A program made the position numbers and the translations under genes. DNA of 63,723 nt, counting the filler, from Aduncisulcus paluster (lineage: Eukaryota), in NCBI GenBank assembly GCA_024181965.1. It is 12 parts of 12 records of this genome, joined end to end, with 100 filler letters (N's around TTAATTAATTAA, not from the genome) between each part and the next. Parts side by side here need not be neighbours in the genome. Positions count along the whole stretch, not along the records: positions 43,354 to 53,832 come from BQXS01010120.1; positions 53,933 to 56,589 come from BQXS01010123.1; positions 56,690 to 58,605 come from BQXS01010124.1; positions 58,706 to 61,267 come from BQXS01010128.1; 8 more parts are not named here. One strand, given 5' to 3'. Shown here piece after piece: positions 46,850 through 59,600 of this stretch (positions are counted from its first letter, which is position 1; each line of letters begins with the position of its first letter). Under the pieces are notes generated by a model, which was not told the DNA's origin, made no database searches, and saw only the letters and a program-made list of their open reading frames with translations.

Positions 46850-49800
46850 ATGAGCCGCCTTGTGAATTTAAAATCAATCCATTCAATTGATTATGCATGT
46901 GGGACTCAAAATTACATTAAAATATTTGATAGAAAGCAATATGGATGTCTTGTCCTTACAACACTTCTTCTAGAAGATGATTCTTTAATTTTACGAATGT
47001 CCACAGATAAAACTAATTTAGTTAAACAATATTCCGAAAGAATATTTGATGTTAGTGATTTATTGCAGTCAGAACAGGATGAAGTGGTTTCAGTTTGCCC
47101 AACTGACGATTTAGGTTATCTTTTTATAGTTTCCAGTGATGGACTTATTGAGTGTATATCTTTATGTCACATTTTCCAGCAATTATTCGCCAAAGCAATA
47201 TCTGTTTCCCCCTCCCATTTTCCTTACGCCAATTTTAGCCATATTCATCTTCTCCTTGCCGGTCTCAGTTCTAATCCGGTCGATGATGTATTTGGAAGCA
47301 ACTGTAAACGCTATGAAAACCTTGGAGAAAGATCTCTGTGGACAATATGGGAACAGCCAACTGGAAAGCGAAAGAAAGAAAAGAAACACGCAATTCAACG
47401 ATCTAAAATCACATCATTTACACTGTGGCTCCCTTTTCCAGCCCCTAAAACGTATGCAACATCATCGAGTGATGGGTCCTCCCCAATCCCATTTATTTCA
47501 TCATTCTCCCCCTCTGACAGTCTATTATTTTCCCCATTTACACCACCACATGTGTCAATGACACTATCTCCGATGGAATTAGTGTGTATCTATGGGTTAG
47601 AAGATGGAACTATCATGATGAGTCATCCACGTCCCTCTGGCGAATTAGAGCTCTCAGAATCCTCACTAAAAGGGAACAAATCCTCTCTTAGAGTACTTTT
47701 AAAACGTATTACAGGCAGAAGAACTGGAAAGGGGAAACGGAGAGATCATGAATCGATGTCAGCATCAGCTTCTGTTGATCCTCTCATTCAAGAGCCTCCT
47801 TATTCACCAAGCATTGTTAAAATACCTCTAACATCATCAGTATTAAGTCTATTTTTACAACAAGATTGGGATTCTGGTTGTGTATTTGTTCTGGCGAAAC
47901 TGAAAACCAAGATATTTAAGATTCCTCTCCAATTTTTTGCCATTTGTAAGGTAGATTCGCAGCTTGATGAAGCTTTAAAAAGTTTATACAGAGATAGCCT
48001 TGACTTCTCGTTTTCAACCGGTGTTGTTACCGGTATTGAGAGTGTCATTTCTGCTGTCACAAAGTCCTCTACCTCTTCCTCCTCTTCCTCCTCTGAAGTT
48101 CCTTCCCCAGATTCTCTTGCCATCTCTTCCTCCTCTTCCTCCTCTTCTTCCTCTTGCTCTCTTGTGCAATGTGTGATATGTGGATATACAACCCTTACAT
48201 CGCCATTACCGCCCCATCCTTCCTCCTCTTCGTCTTCTAAACCATTCTCAGCTTCTCAGTATCCTTCTTTCTCACGGCCTATAAATATATCATCCTGTTT
48301 ATTCCCAAATGGGTCCTGTATAGTGCTTTCCGAGGAGGAAAGAAAACCTGAAGATAAAGAAAAAGAAGAAGGGAAGAATGGTAAAATATCAAGCGTTAAA
48401 ATATTATCTTCATCTCTATCAACCATAATGTCTATAAATATACCAGTGAGAAACAAGGATCATGAACCATCTATCATCCCTTATCATACTCTTGCCATTA
48501 CAGTTTCTCAAGGATCTCCAAAAATAGATTCTTCAAAAACTTCGTCATTTTGTGTTGTTGATATTTGGAGTCTTCGTGATCTCACAATGTCTTCAGAAGC
48601 TTGTCCGGTTGAATCTNNNNNNNNNNNNNNNNNNNNTGTGGATATACAACCCTTACATCGCCATTACCGCCCCATCCTTCCTCCTCTTCGTCTTCTAAAC
48701 CATTCTCAGCTTCTCAGTATCCTTCTTTCTCACGGCCTATAAATATATCATCCTGTTTATTCCCAAATGGGTCCTGTATAGTGCTTTCCGAGGAGGAAAG
48801 AAAACCTGAAGATAAAGAAAAAGAAGAAGGGAAGAATGGTAAAATATCAAGCGTTAAAATATTATCTTCATCTCTATCAACCATAATGTCTATAAATATA
48901 CCAGTGAGAAACAAGGATCATGAACCATCTATCATCCCTTATCATACTCTTGCCATTACAGTTTCTCAAGGATCTCCAAAAATAGATTCTTCAAAAACTT
49001 CGTCATTTTGTGTTGTTGATATTTGGAGTCTTCGTGATCTCACAATGTCTTCAGAAGCTTGTCCGGTTGAATCTCACACGCTATTTTTAGACCATCAAGA
49101 TCAAGAACCCTCAAAACTCCAAAAAGAATCACCAATTTCATCTCCAACATCTTCATCTCCTTCATTAACATCTCTCACACCACATCTGTTGACTTGTTTC
49201 ACTCATCCATACAACAGAGATGGTTGTATTGTTGCTATAAATAGACATATTGCTCGAACAAGGTATTCAAATATCGGTATCAGTGTGAATAACTCTAATT
49301 CTGGGTGGGTATTTGTCAATGAACGTGAAATCAACTGTGAACCCGGCAAAGAAGGGTGTTTATGGCACGTTGTAAACCATAACATTAAGAAATTACAACA
49401 AATTGAACTACGAATGATGGGCAAAACGGTAGAAAAATGGTCAACTCCTTCAATGATGATTAATGGATCTACGGGAAGTATTCCACCTCTCCTTTCTTCC
49501 TCTTCTTCCTCTTCCTCTTCCTCTTCCAAACACCACCATCGTCACAGGTCTTCTTTGTCTCAACATATGTCAGCAACCGCCTCTCTTAGCCATCTCAGGT
49601 CCCCAACGGCACTCTCTTCCTCTTCCTCTTCCTCTCTTAATACAAGCGAGTACGAGATTCCACGGACATTGTCTTCCCATGGATCGTCAGCTCTGAGCGG
49701 AGGAGGAAAGAAAGGCGTCAGACAGTCACAAGGTGTCGATATTATTGAGAGAAGGCTCGGAATGACAAGAATCAGTGAAGGACGGTGTGAGTTTCCTGAA

Positions 49801-52800
49801 TTATTCATTGCTTTCGGAAGTCATGTTTACCTATGTGAGTTTTGTGCTTCCGTGTCTGACGAATTTCATAATTCTCTCCTTTATCTTGATACAGAACAAG
49901 AGAAACCCCGATATATTCCCTTCTTCTTCTTCCTCCTCCTCCTCTTCTTCCTCTTTTAACATATCTCTCACCCCTTCATTCTCATCATTATCATGTCTCT
50001 CAATTCTAAATTTAGATACATTGAGTAGTTCATCATCGGAATCAGTTTTGCCAGAAGAAGAAGAAGAGGAAAAGCCCTCAGAAACTAAATTGCCTCTAAA
50101 AATAGCACAGCATGAGAAACTAGTTGTGTTAACGAGTGGTTCTGTCACATCCATTTACCAAGCTGTTTGTGAACAATTCATGGAACGATTATTCCACTCA
50201 AAACGTGATATTTTGTTGAACAGAGGCAGTATTCCTTTCTTTTTGAGGTCTCTTAACTCATTATTTTTATTGATTAACCTTTCATCACCTTCTCAAGAGA
50301 ACAAAATCCAAAGGGATAAAGTCCACGCTTGTGTCCGTCTCGGATTAATTGAACAAGGAATCATTGAAGGCGAAAAACGAATTCGTTGGAAACAATATTA
50401 CATCAAAAAGGCGAAGAAAGAGGAAGAAAAGAAAGAAGAAGGAAAGAAAGAGAAAGAGAAAGAAGAAGAAGAAAATCAATTTTGTCACATTTCCAATATA
50501 ATTCCATTTTCCGAATATATCTATTCAAGCTTGAAAGAAAAAGTTAAAGCTGAACGCAAAATGAATTTCGATTCTTCCTATTTCCTTCCATCTGATGGTC
50601 TGAATACCGATTCCACACTGCCAACAAAACCATCCATTGAAGAAGAAAATGGAGATTCACTTATGGTATTTGGTGAGGATAGTTCTGAGTTCTCGGAGGA
50701 ATCAGATCACGATAACCTTATTCATAAACTCCTTATTTTGTATATTATTCATGCCGCTACATTTAGAAACACAGAGACAGGAAGAAAGAGTTCAGGAAGA
50801 TCTGAAGATCACATATATTCCTCCTCCTCCTCCTCTTCTTCTTCTTTCCTTTCTCTTTCCGATCCTCCGACTCTTTCTTCTCTTCCAGTTCCTTCCAGGA
50901 CTCTTATTCTTTACCTGCAATGGTATCTTGAGAAAATGGATGGAAAAGGAGTGAAAAGAATGGAGAAATTATGTATTCAAGATAGCAACATTGATGGAAT
51001 CGACTTTGAAGTTAAGATGAAACAAAGTGAACGAAGAAAAGAGGATTTTATGAAGCATAGAAATGAACTTAGGAGGAGAATCATCCAGCTTTTGTTATTA
51101 TGTTTATTATTTGATGAGGCTTGTGTTTTTGTGAATATCACACTCAATCAAGATGTTCTTGCACATTGTTTACTTCAACTCCATCAAGATACACAACATT
51201 CATTCTCTGGCATCGGAGCCATTCCAAAGGAGAATAATACATCATCTTCTTATTCAACACCACCAATGCCTCCACTTTTTTCTATAAATAGACATGTCTA
51301 TTTTTATCTTCCTCAACTTATTCACAACATTGGAGTTGGATTTTTCTTATCTCCAGGAACTTTTCCTCTTCTTTTTACTCATCCAAGAACTATTTCCTAT
51401 CTTTTTTCTCATCCTGCCATCTCGCTGTGCATTTGTGGTGAGATTCTTAAGAGGGTCATGGAAAAAGAGAGTGAAAATGAATTCCTCATTCGCTTTGCCT
51501 TTCGGTATTTCTATGAGAATTATGATTTCATGACACATGTGTACACTTGTCGCAGTTATAAAAGATATCTTTCAGATCCACTCACAGAATCTCTGATGAA
51601 AACAGGAGGAAAACAATTGTTACGGCAATCACCGGTAGCAACCGATAGTATTTCCGATGATACTTTTCCTCTTCTTTTTACTCATCCAAGAACTATTTCC
51701 TATCTTTTTTCTCATCCTGCCATCTCGCTGTGCATTTGTGGTGAGATTCTTAAGAGGGTCATGGAAAAAGAGAGTGAAAATGAATTCCTCATTCGCTTTG
51801 CCTTTCGGTATTTCTATGAGAATTATGATTTCATGACACATGTGTACACTTGTCGCAGTTATAAAAGATATCTTTCAGATCCACTCACAGAATCTCTGAT
51901 GAAAACAGGAGGAAAACAATTGTTACGGCAATCACCGGTAGCAACCGATAGTATTTCCGATGATACTTTATCCTCTCTGCCTGCCCCCTATTCTAATGAG
52001 TATTATCTGGCCATGTCTTCACATTTTTACCATCATTTCGAGTGGTGCGGAGTCGTGGCTGGGAATATCACATCAATTAAACACATTACTCAGTGTTTAT
52101 GCGGTCTTTGGTTATTAAATATAAAGAAATCACGCGATTCAATTTCAAAAAGGAAAAGAGAAGAAGAGAAAGGAACAACCATCGATGATATCAAGATAAT
52201 TACACAAGAAACGACCAAAGCATCATCTTCTTCTTCTTCTTTTGGGAAAACCATGATTGATCTTCAACAAAAAGAATTTGAGGCTATGAAAATACAGATG
52301 CAAAAGGAAGAGGAAGAAATAATGGGAAAGAAACAGGTTTTAAAACATTATGGAGATCTTGGCGAAAAGTCAGAATCCTCTGCAGCAAAGATTGATATTC
52401 TTAAGACAGATGCTTTGACGAAGCTATTTTTGGATTTTGTGAGAAAGAAAACGCTGGAAATAGAATCATCTTCCGAGGGTTATCTGAACATTATAGATAT
52501 TGTCATGCCATTTGCACACAAGTTTGATCTCTGGGATATCCAATGTGACTTATTTTTAGAAGTGAGAAAGTATGAGGAGTGTTCCTTTGTTGCAATGACC
52601 CAATTCCAGAAATATTTAATCTCTCTTTCTTCCCAACAATGTTCTGAATTAGTACCTTGTGATGAGTTTGCGATCAATATTAAGTTGATTAAATCAATTG
52701 TTCATTATTGCGTCGAATCCTTTTTATCAAGTTTATTCATTTGTGAATCCATTCTTGTTGGAATTCGAGAGAAATCTGAAGATGATTTCAAAGACAAATC

Positions 52801-53149
52801 CAATTTTCTTGATACGCATCTTTTGCGCTCTTTCTTCATCGTTTCACTTTGTGCCAACACTCTCCATTGCGAAAAAGAGAAGAACAAACGAAACGAACCT
52901 GTCTGTGACCTTTTCAGTTCCATTTTTAAAGAATCGATAAAATTCAATGAAGATAAGATAATTCACTCGATTTCAAGAATACTGTTTCTCACTAAGCCCC
53001 TTATTCAGATCAACCAAGGAGAATGGTGGTGGTGCTTCGAATGTTTAGGAATCGAGAAGGAAGAATTATCTGCTGACGCCACAGCTGGTCTGATTCCTTC
53101 TTCCCTTTTGATCAATTCTCTCGATTATATAACTGGGAAATTGCAGTAA
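46850..53149 (+). CDS. Large Ser-rich hypothetical protein (probably one gene)
   Basis: Three track ORFs are linked by the duplication at gap 48617-48636 and a +1 shift at 49918-49920. It also has a 303-bp internal duplication near 51359-51964. Confidence 0.65.
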
Positions 53150-54052
53150 TTAATAATAATTTCGGAATTAATAAAACTCGAGACACTTTCCATTTTCCAC
53201 CCAGAGGCCCCGATCCAAAAACATGCTGTAACTTGTTGTTTTGGAGACAACGTGTGTTTACAAAATCACTTCTAGCCGTTATACTGCAATAATGTTGCAA
53301 ATATTTAACCCCCGAAATGCATGATCTTCATTTACTTGCCGTATTTCCGCAGTAATTTGTGTTTTGCCAACCTATCGTATTATTCACGTTCAAATGGTCT
53401 TTTTTTCTGGTTTCAACCCCGTATCATTTCTTGTTTTGTTCTGTATATCATCCACATTTCATTTGTTTTATATTATATATCACACACGGAGCGAGTGGTT
53501 CTGAATTTATACAAAATGCCAATCAAGTTGTTTCTACTCGGTTATTTTCAATTTCCCTGGATCCTTTGGATATTCACATCGGTTTCATCGCTGGTAATGA
53601 TATTTTGTAATATTTCAACCTATACATGCATATAATTACCATCATTTAAGTTTCGTCTTTCTCTATTTCATTTGCCCAAATAAAATTACATGATTGAGTT
53701 CCAATGTTCCCCTTTCGTTGTATCCAGTGGAAAATTCGGGCGTATTGCATCGTCATATTATCGTTGTTTTAATCTGACCCCTTCCCGACACGATAAGGAG
53801 ATAAGCCCACTTATCTAGAGGATACAATATTTNNNNNNNNNNNNNNNNNNNNNNNNNNNNNNNNNNNNNNNNNNNNTTAATTAATTAANNNNNNNNNNNN
53901 NNNNNNNNNNNNNNNNNNNNNNNNNNNNNNNNCCGAAGATTTTGAGGGGCAGAATGTTATATGCCGTTATGAGACGGTCAGGAACCGGTTAGAAACGAGA
54001 TTCTCAATGGATCTATTTATAGAACGTTCAATGTTTATCCATCTTCAATAAA

Positions 54053-55636
54053 TTGCTTACCGCAACAGCAGATAAAGAGATTATAAGAGTTGGAAAAAGA
54101 AGAGTTAGAAGGGAAGCAGTCGAAAGTTCGATTGAATGCGGCATTCCAATCTGCAAGATGTGCCAATTTCTATCTGTCAAACTTCAAAAATCGATAATAC
54201 GACTCGGAGTTCCAACCAAAATGATTAAGAGTACATGTTACAGAGATTCTAAAGATGAACTACATCAATCACTTATAAAAGCAAGAAAACTTGCTCTTCG
54301 TCCCCCATATTCAGTGATATTGGACAAAACTGTGACACGAGGCAAATCCGTTCTTTCCATTATTTTATTCAACAATTTTGGCATATACTCCATTGGATAT
54401 ATCAATGTTGGTGATATAAAGGATTCTTTGTATCTTCAAGCTCTTCAAAATGAATTAAGAATTTCATACCGTTTCGAAAAAGAATCATTGATGAAAAGCA
54501 GATACCCAGTAATATTCCCAAAAACATCAAAACATTTTACTCTTGATATTAATTATTTGGTAACACATTTGGAACATTCATTAGCATTCTCCCCAGACCG
54601 GATAAAAAAATTGTTACCGCCCCCACACGAAATCCTAATTTCGAAGTTGATCGATGAGTTTTCGGAAATTGGGATCCAAAAAAGTAATATAGTTTCTATT
54701 ATAACAGACAGGGAACCATTAATGGTTCGGGTTGCCAAAGGACTGGTTGCCAAATCATTCGGTGATAATTGGATGCCGTGTCTTTCTCATCTTATTAATA
54801 TTTTAGTTAAGAATTATATTGAGTATTATTTCCCAGCTATAACAGAATTATTAGGAAATTTATCAAAAGTGTTTGATAAATATCAAAGAGAAAACCGAGC
54901 TATAGCAAAACTATTAAAACTGCCACTGATAAATTTTACTCCAATTAGATGGTCATCTTTATTAGAATCTTATAATTGCATTTGTAATAACTGGAGTCTC
55001 TACTACAATACATTGCTAAAATTAACAAAACAAACGGATGAAGTTAAAGCGGCAATAGAATTTCTCGAAAATGAAAGTTATAAATCATTCAATGAAATAA
55101 TGATAAATGAATTTATCCCAATTTGTCTTGAAGCAATTAAGGCTTCACAATTCGAAAGACCATGTTACATTGGATATAACTCGATATTTTGTTTTGCCAG
55201 CAAAATGTCAAATCAATGGACTGCAAATCCAAAAATCCATTTGAAGTCTTTTATCGAACCATTAGAATTCTTATTTAAGTCATTAAAAATATATTATATT
55301 ATAATCTCATTGGATGAAAGCAATTGGAAAGACTCTAAGATTTTTGCGCTAAAAACCCTAAAAGAAAACATAATATCAAGTAATTATGAATATACAAAAA
55401 AACAATTTATGCAATTGGATCATTATCATAGCAAACTCCAAAATAATGAACCCGTTGACATTGAAAAGGAATTTTACACTCTTATACCAATGATTGCCTA
55501 TTTCCGATCTATTCCTCTTTCAGGAGCTGCAGTTGAGAGGTTCTTCAGTATTGTCCATAGATATAATAATCCTCTGCGAGCTCATCAATCAACAGAAACG
55601 CTTTTGTTAGAGAGTATGAAAACGTTTAATAAATAA
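54053..55636 (+). mobile_element. hAT-superfamily DDE transposase; 5' end uncertain
   Basis: Motifs SVILDK, IITDREPLM, PCLSHLIN, IRWSS and PLSGAAVERFFS. Confidence 0.8.
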
Positions 55637-56204
55637 TTATAAGACATGAAATAATAGATTATCGTTCATTATAGCCTTATTAATATATATAAAAGCTAGA
55701 CGCATTGCCAAAATGTCCACAAAACACAGGAAATTAAAAGTTCAATATGATTCAAGAAATGAAAAAGAGGATTTCTCGAAAAAATAGAATGAGTCATGTC
55801 ACAAAATTTATTAATTTAATAAAAGAATTAAATTTATTATTAAAATTTGCTATTTATTATTTATAAATCACAATCCTGAAAAATGGAAATCCATGAAACA
55901 CTGGCTCTGAGGCAATAATCAAATTTTAGATCGAGATTCAACAAATCGTGCTTTCCGAACTTATCAGCTCGCATCATAAAAAAGTCGTGATAAATTTCAA
56001 TAAAATGAATTACCCGGCTCTTTGGGTATTACTCTTTCTTTTTCTTTCTTTAACATTATTAATCATCTTATCATGCGATTATCAATGATAAATTAATCTG
56101 AATCAGATCTGATAAATTCTATCATCAAATAAAAGCCATTGTCAAGTGTCTCTGTTGCGAGGTTCATGAGTTTGAAGAGGGGAATAATCAGACATGCATT
56201 CACA

Positions 56205-56589
56205 TCACAAGAACCACTTATGGGTGAGCACTTGCCTTGCTGTGGGTCTATCACGTGGATGCTCACTCACACATGCGGCACAGATGGAATGCACTTCTGC
56301 AGGCATGCACACACCGTCAAGTGCACCGAACACATCCTGAACAAGCACACCGAACGAGAACATGTCACTCGCGGGAGAAGGGTGTGGATGACGGTGTTCT
56401 TTCAGGGCAAGCTCAAGTTCAGGCGCAATGAAGGTGGGTGTCCCAAGACGCAGAGTCTTACTGAACAATCCGATCGTACGCTCTCCACAATCAACAGCTC
56501 CCTCGAAGTCGCACAGAAGACCATTGCACGCATCATCGATCAGCACATTCTGAGGCTTCAGGTCACAGTGCACAATCCCATGCTCATGC
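56205..56589 (-). CDS. Protein kinase C-lobe, 5'-truncated
   Basis: Motifs HCDLKPQNVL, DFE, GTPTFIAPE, SDMFSFG and RPTARQVLTHKWF. Confidence 0.85.
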
Positions 56590-57177
56590 NNNNNNNNNNN
56601 NNNNNNNNNNNNNNNNNNNNNNNNNNNNNNNNNTTAATTAATTAANNNNNNNNNNNNNNNNNNNNNNNNNNNNNNNNNNNNNNNNNNNNGGTGACTGGCC
56701 AACTTGTGCCTAAATCCACAACAACTTTACCTACAATTCTCATTAGATGATAAATGAATAATAACCATAAACAATATAAAAAATAAAGATAATAAATAAT
56801 ATATATCCCGCCAATATGCAAGGAAAACACGATCCGTCAACATCTCGACCGAATAGAACAATAATATCCAAAATCGACGTTTCTTATTATTATTAATATG
56901 CATACATAATAATAAATTATTTATTTTGTAAACACATTTGTTCTCCAAATAAGGCGTACTCAGACATTGTTGACATTATTGACAATACAGCGATATAAAC
57001 ATGAAGGTGACAATATACACGTGGTATCCATCATATCTCAAGACATGACAGGAAGTGATGGTTCATACGATATGATTGTTATCAGGAAAGAAGTTGTATT
57101 CAATCCTTGTGGAAACGATGATATGAAGGATCAGCTATAACCATGGAAGCATCGACAATCGTTCAATTGTTGCAAGT

Positions 57178-57540
57178 TCAGCTTTCGTTTTCTCTTGTTA
57201 GGTCATATTCCATGGCCTTCTTCTTTTCTTGTTCTTTATCAATCACGAATCGAATGGCTTGCAAAAATATATTCTCTTGTTTTCCATCCAGTGATGATAT
57301 AACATGAATATCACAAGAAATAACATTATCAATATCTATTGGGAACTCTTGCCAGAAATAATATCTTGGTGGCATCTTTCCCATTTGATATTCTTTTGTG
57401 ATCTTCTTGCCATCGGATGTTGTGAAAGTAGCATTGAAATCTTTGATTCCATTCGGATAATTATGATGACTTACAAGAAACTTACTGAGATAATGCGGGG
57501 AAATAAATGGGAGATGTAAATTGGGATAGAAAGCATCAGT
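57178..57540 (-). CDS. Fragment of the domain family found at 5902-6984; possibly a pseudogene
   Basis: LHLPF, TFTTSDGKKITKEY and WQEFPIDIDNVISCDI align with TFTDCDGKKTFKKY and WHFLPIDLDNVVLCEI. Confidence 0.55.
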   Translation of the reverse strand, partial: TDAFYPNLHLPFISPHYLSKFLVSHHNYPNGIKDFNATFTTSDGKKITKEYQMGKMPPRYYFWQEFPIDIDNVISCDIHVISSLDGKQENIFLQAIRFVIDKEQEKKKAMEYDLTRENES

Positions 57541-57616
57541 GACGTGAGACAAAGAAACACATAGAGAACACATAATTATTGAATTATGTAAAGTACGCTT
57601 GAAAAAAATCATTTTT

Positions 57617-58605
57617 CTATTCTTTTCTATTTTCATAGGTCGTGCCATATTCAGAATAAAACTTGTCCAAAATTCTTTTTTGTTCTGAGGAAGGTATTTT
57701 TGAATAATATTTTGGTATTAGTTCGGCAAAATCATCAAATTTGATTGAAATCATGCTATAATCACTTAAAACTTCGGAAGATTCCTTTGATGTTGAGGAT
57801 AAAACATCCGATGTTCGAGAGTCTCGAATTTTGATGGTGACAACTTTATGGATAAGATTAAAAATATCGGCACCACAAAATCCATCCATCTTCACAGCCA
57901 ACTCAGATATATCAGTGGAACCAAGGCCGTGATGCTCACAAAGTTGTGAAAGAGAGGTCTGAATAATGCGAATCCGTGCTTCGAGATCAGGAAGTTCGCA
58001 ATAAAGACGAACATCAAATCGTTTGCGAAGACTTCCATCAATATTGTAAGGAGATGAAGTGGTGCCGATAAATATTATCGCTGGAAGAGAATATGTTTGT
58101 CCTTCGATCGTAACTGTAATTTTATGCCTCGAGAGTTGATCTATTTGATACAATAATTCGGTTCTGATCCTTCGATTTGCCAGCAATTCTCTTTCATCGT
58201 AATAACCTGAAGAAATTTTGTCAAAATCATCCATGATTATCACAGATGGAGCATTGTGCAAAGCAAGGGTGAAAAGACCTTGTATAAATAATTCACCAGA
58301 TTTCGACAAAACCTGTGAGGCTGAAAGATGGAAGAATGTGGCATCAATTTGATTCATCAAAGATCTGGCGAGAATTGATTTTCCAACTCCTGGAGAGCCA
58401 AAGAGAAGGAGAGCAACTCTTCGATATCTGACAGATGAATAAAAGAATTGTGGAAATTTAGAAGGAATGACGAAATATTCTAGTAACAATTGTTTAGCAT
58501 CATCAAAACCAAATATTTCATCCCATGAGAATGGAGACAGATCGATAATGGAAGACTTGACTGATTCAATTATTCCTGGTGGTAACTTCGCCAATTCTTC
58601 GCAAG
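57617..58605 (-). CDS. Vps4/katanin-like (meiotic clade) AAA+ ATPase, degenerate, 5'-truncated
   Basis: WDEIFG...AK, P.KFPQFF, LLFGSPGVGKS, APSVIIMDDFD, RRIRTELL, LRKRFD..Y..LPD and GFCGADI. Confidence 0.8.
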
Positions 58606-58705
58606 NNNNNNNNNNNNNNNNNNNNNNNNNNNNNNNNNNNNNNNNNNNNTTAATTAATTAANNNNNNNNNNNNNNNNNNNNNNNNNNNNNNNNNNNNNNN
58701 NNNNN

Positions 58706-59316
58706 GAGTCCAGAAGATTTGCAATTGTCTCGAGGATCACATCAGAATCGCCAATGAATTCAATCACAACATCATCCATTTTGATGTCAAATTGTTCAAG
58801 ATTAATGCCAGGGACAAGTCCACATGCAACATTTCCACATGTTTGATCATCCCAATCGGGCAAAGCTTCGGCAGATGCAGCACCAATCACCCCAAAATTA
58901 CCAATGGAGAGGGAAGCCGATCCATCCATGTGACTGTAAGGATATGTCAACAATTTAACGTCATAGTCGACCGAGGCCTTCACTCCAGCATTGGAAGCCT
59001 GGAGAGACAGGAGTTGTTCATTGGGATATGTCGCAAGTATAATATTCTCTTCGGGAAAGAAGTTATAGCTATTAATGCAAAAGTTCAACAGAGAAACAGA
59101 GGCCTTTCCAATCCCAAAATCAAGAGTGGTCGTGAAGTCGGGGAAATCAAAAGAACCCATAATATCATCGAAAAAGGGTTGAATTTCCTTCAAAATATAC
59201 GATCTCAACCCATCAATTGTAAATGTCATTGCAACTGCCGGGACACCTCCGTAATTTTCCTCCTGTTTTCCAGCGAAATACACAGACCAAGAGAAATCGA
59301 AAAAAAGGAAAAGCAT
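58706..59316 (-). CDS. BPI/LBP-like (TULIP) lipid-binding protein, N-terminal part
   Basis: Hydrophobic leader, then PAV..TFTIDGL..Y, FPDF, GKASVSL.N..I and a beta-rich pattern typical of the BPI N-domain. This is pattern recognition only. Confidence 0.55.
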
Positions 59317-59600
59317 ACAAGCGTACAGAAAAAAAAGATGGAAAATTTAAACATAATAGAATTTTAAACAAAAATCAAAAAAATAAGAGAGAAGAGGTGC
59401 AATATTTTCGTCAGAAAAACGCGACTTTCGATTTCGCCTGAAATGTATTCATATATCAATTTTTTTATGTAAAAATTGTAAAAACCTATACATTAACAAA
59501 CAAAATTAAATTTTTTAAAATGAGTGAAAGCTCAATATCACTGTGGAGGACGGATTTAATTTTGATAGCCTTTAAGAAGCAAAAATCTTTAAAAAATATT

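Noticed and set aside
18341-49074. Direct duplications flanking the 20-N gaps at 18561, 20356, 30045, 33091, 38705 and 48617
   Set aside because: Each is a near-exact copy either side of a gap, typical of unmerged overlapping contig ends rather than LTRs or real repeats.
51359-51964. Exact 303-bp in-frame tandem duplication
   Set aside because: It is the same size range as the gap-flank artefacts and probably a filled gap; it cannot be supported without reads.
53150-53832. Short ORFs downstream of the 46850 gene
   Set aside because: No recognisable motifs or convincing splice structure.
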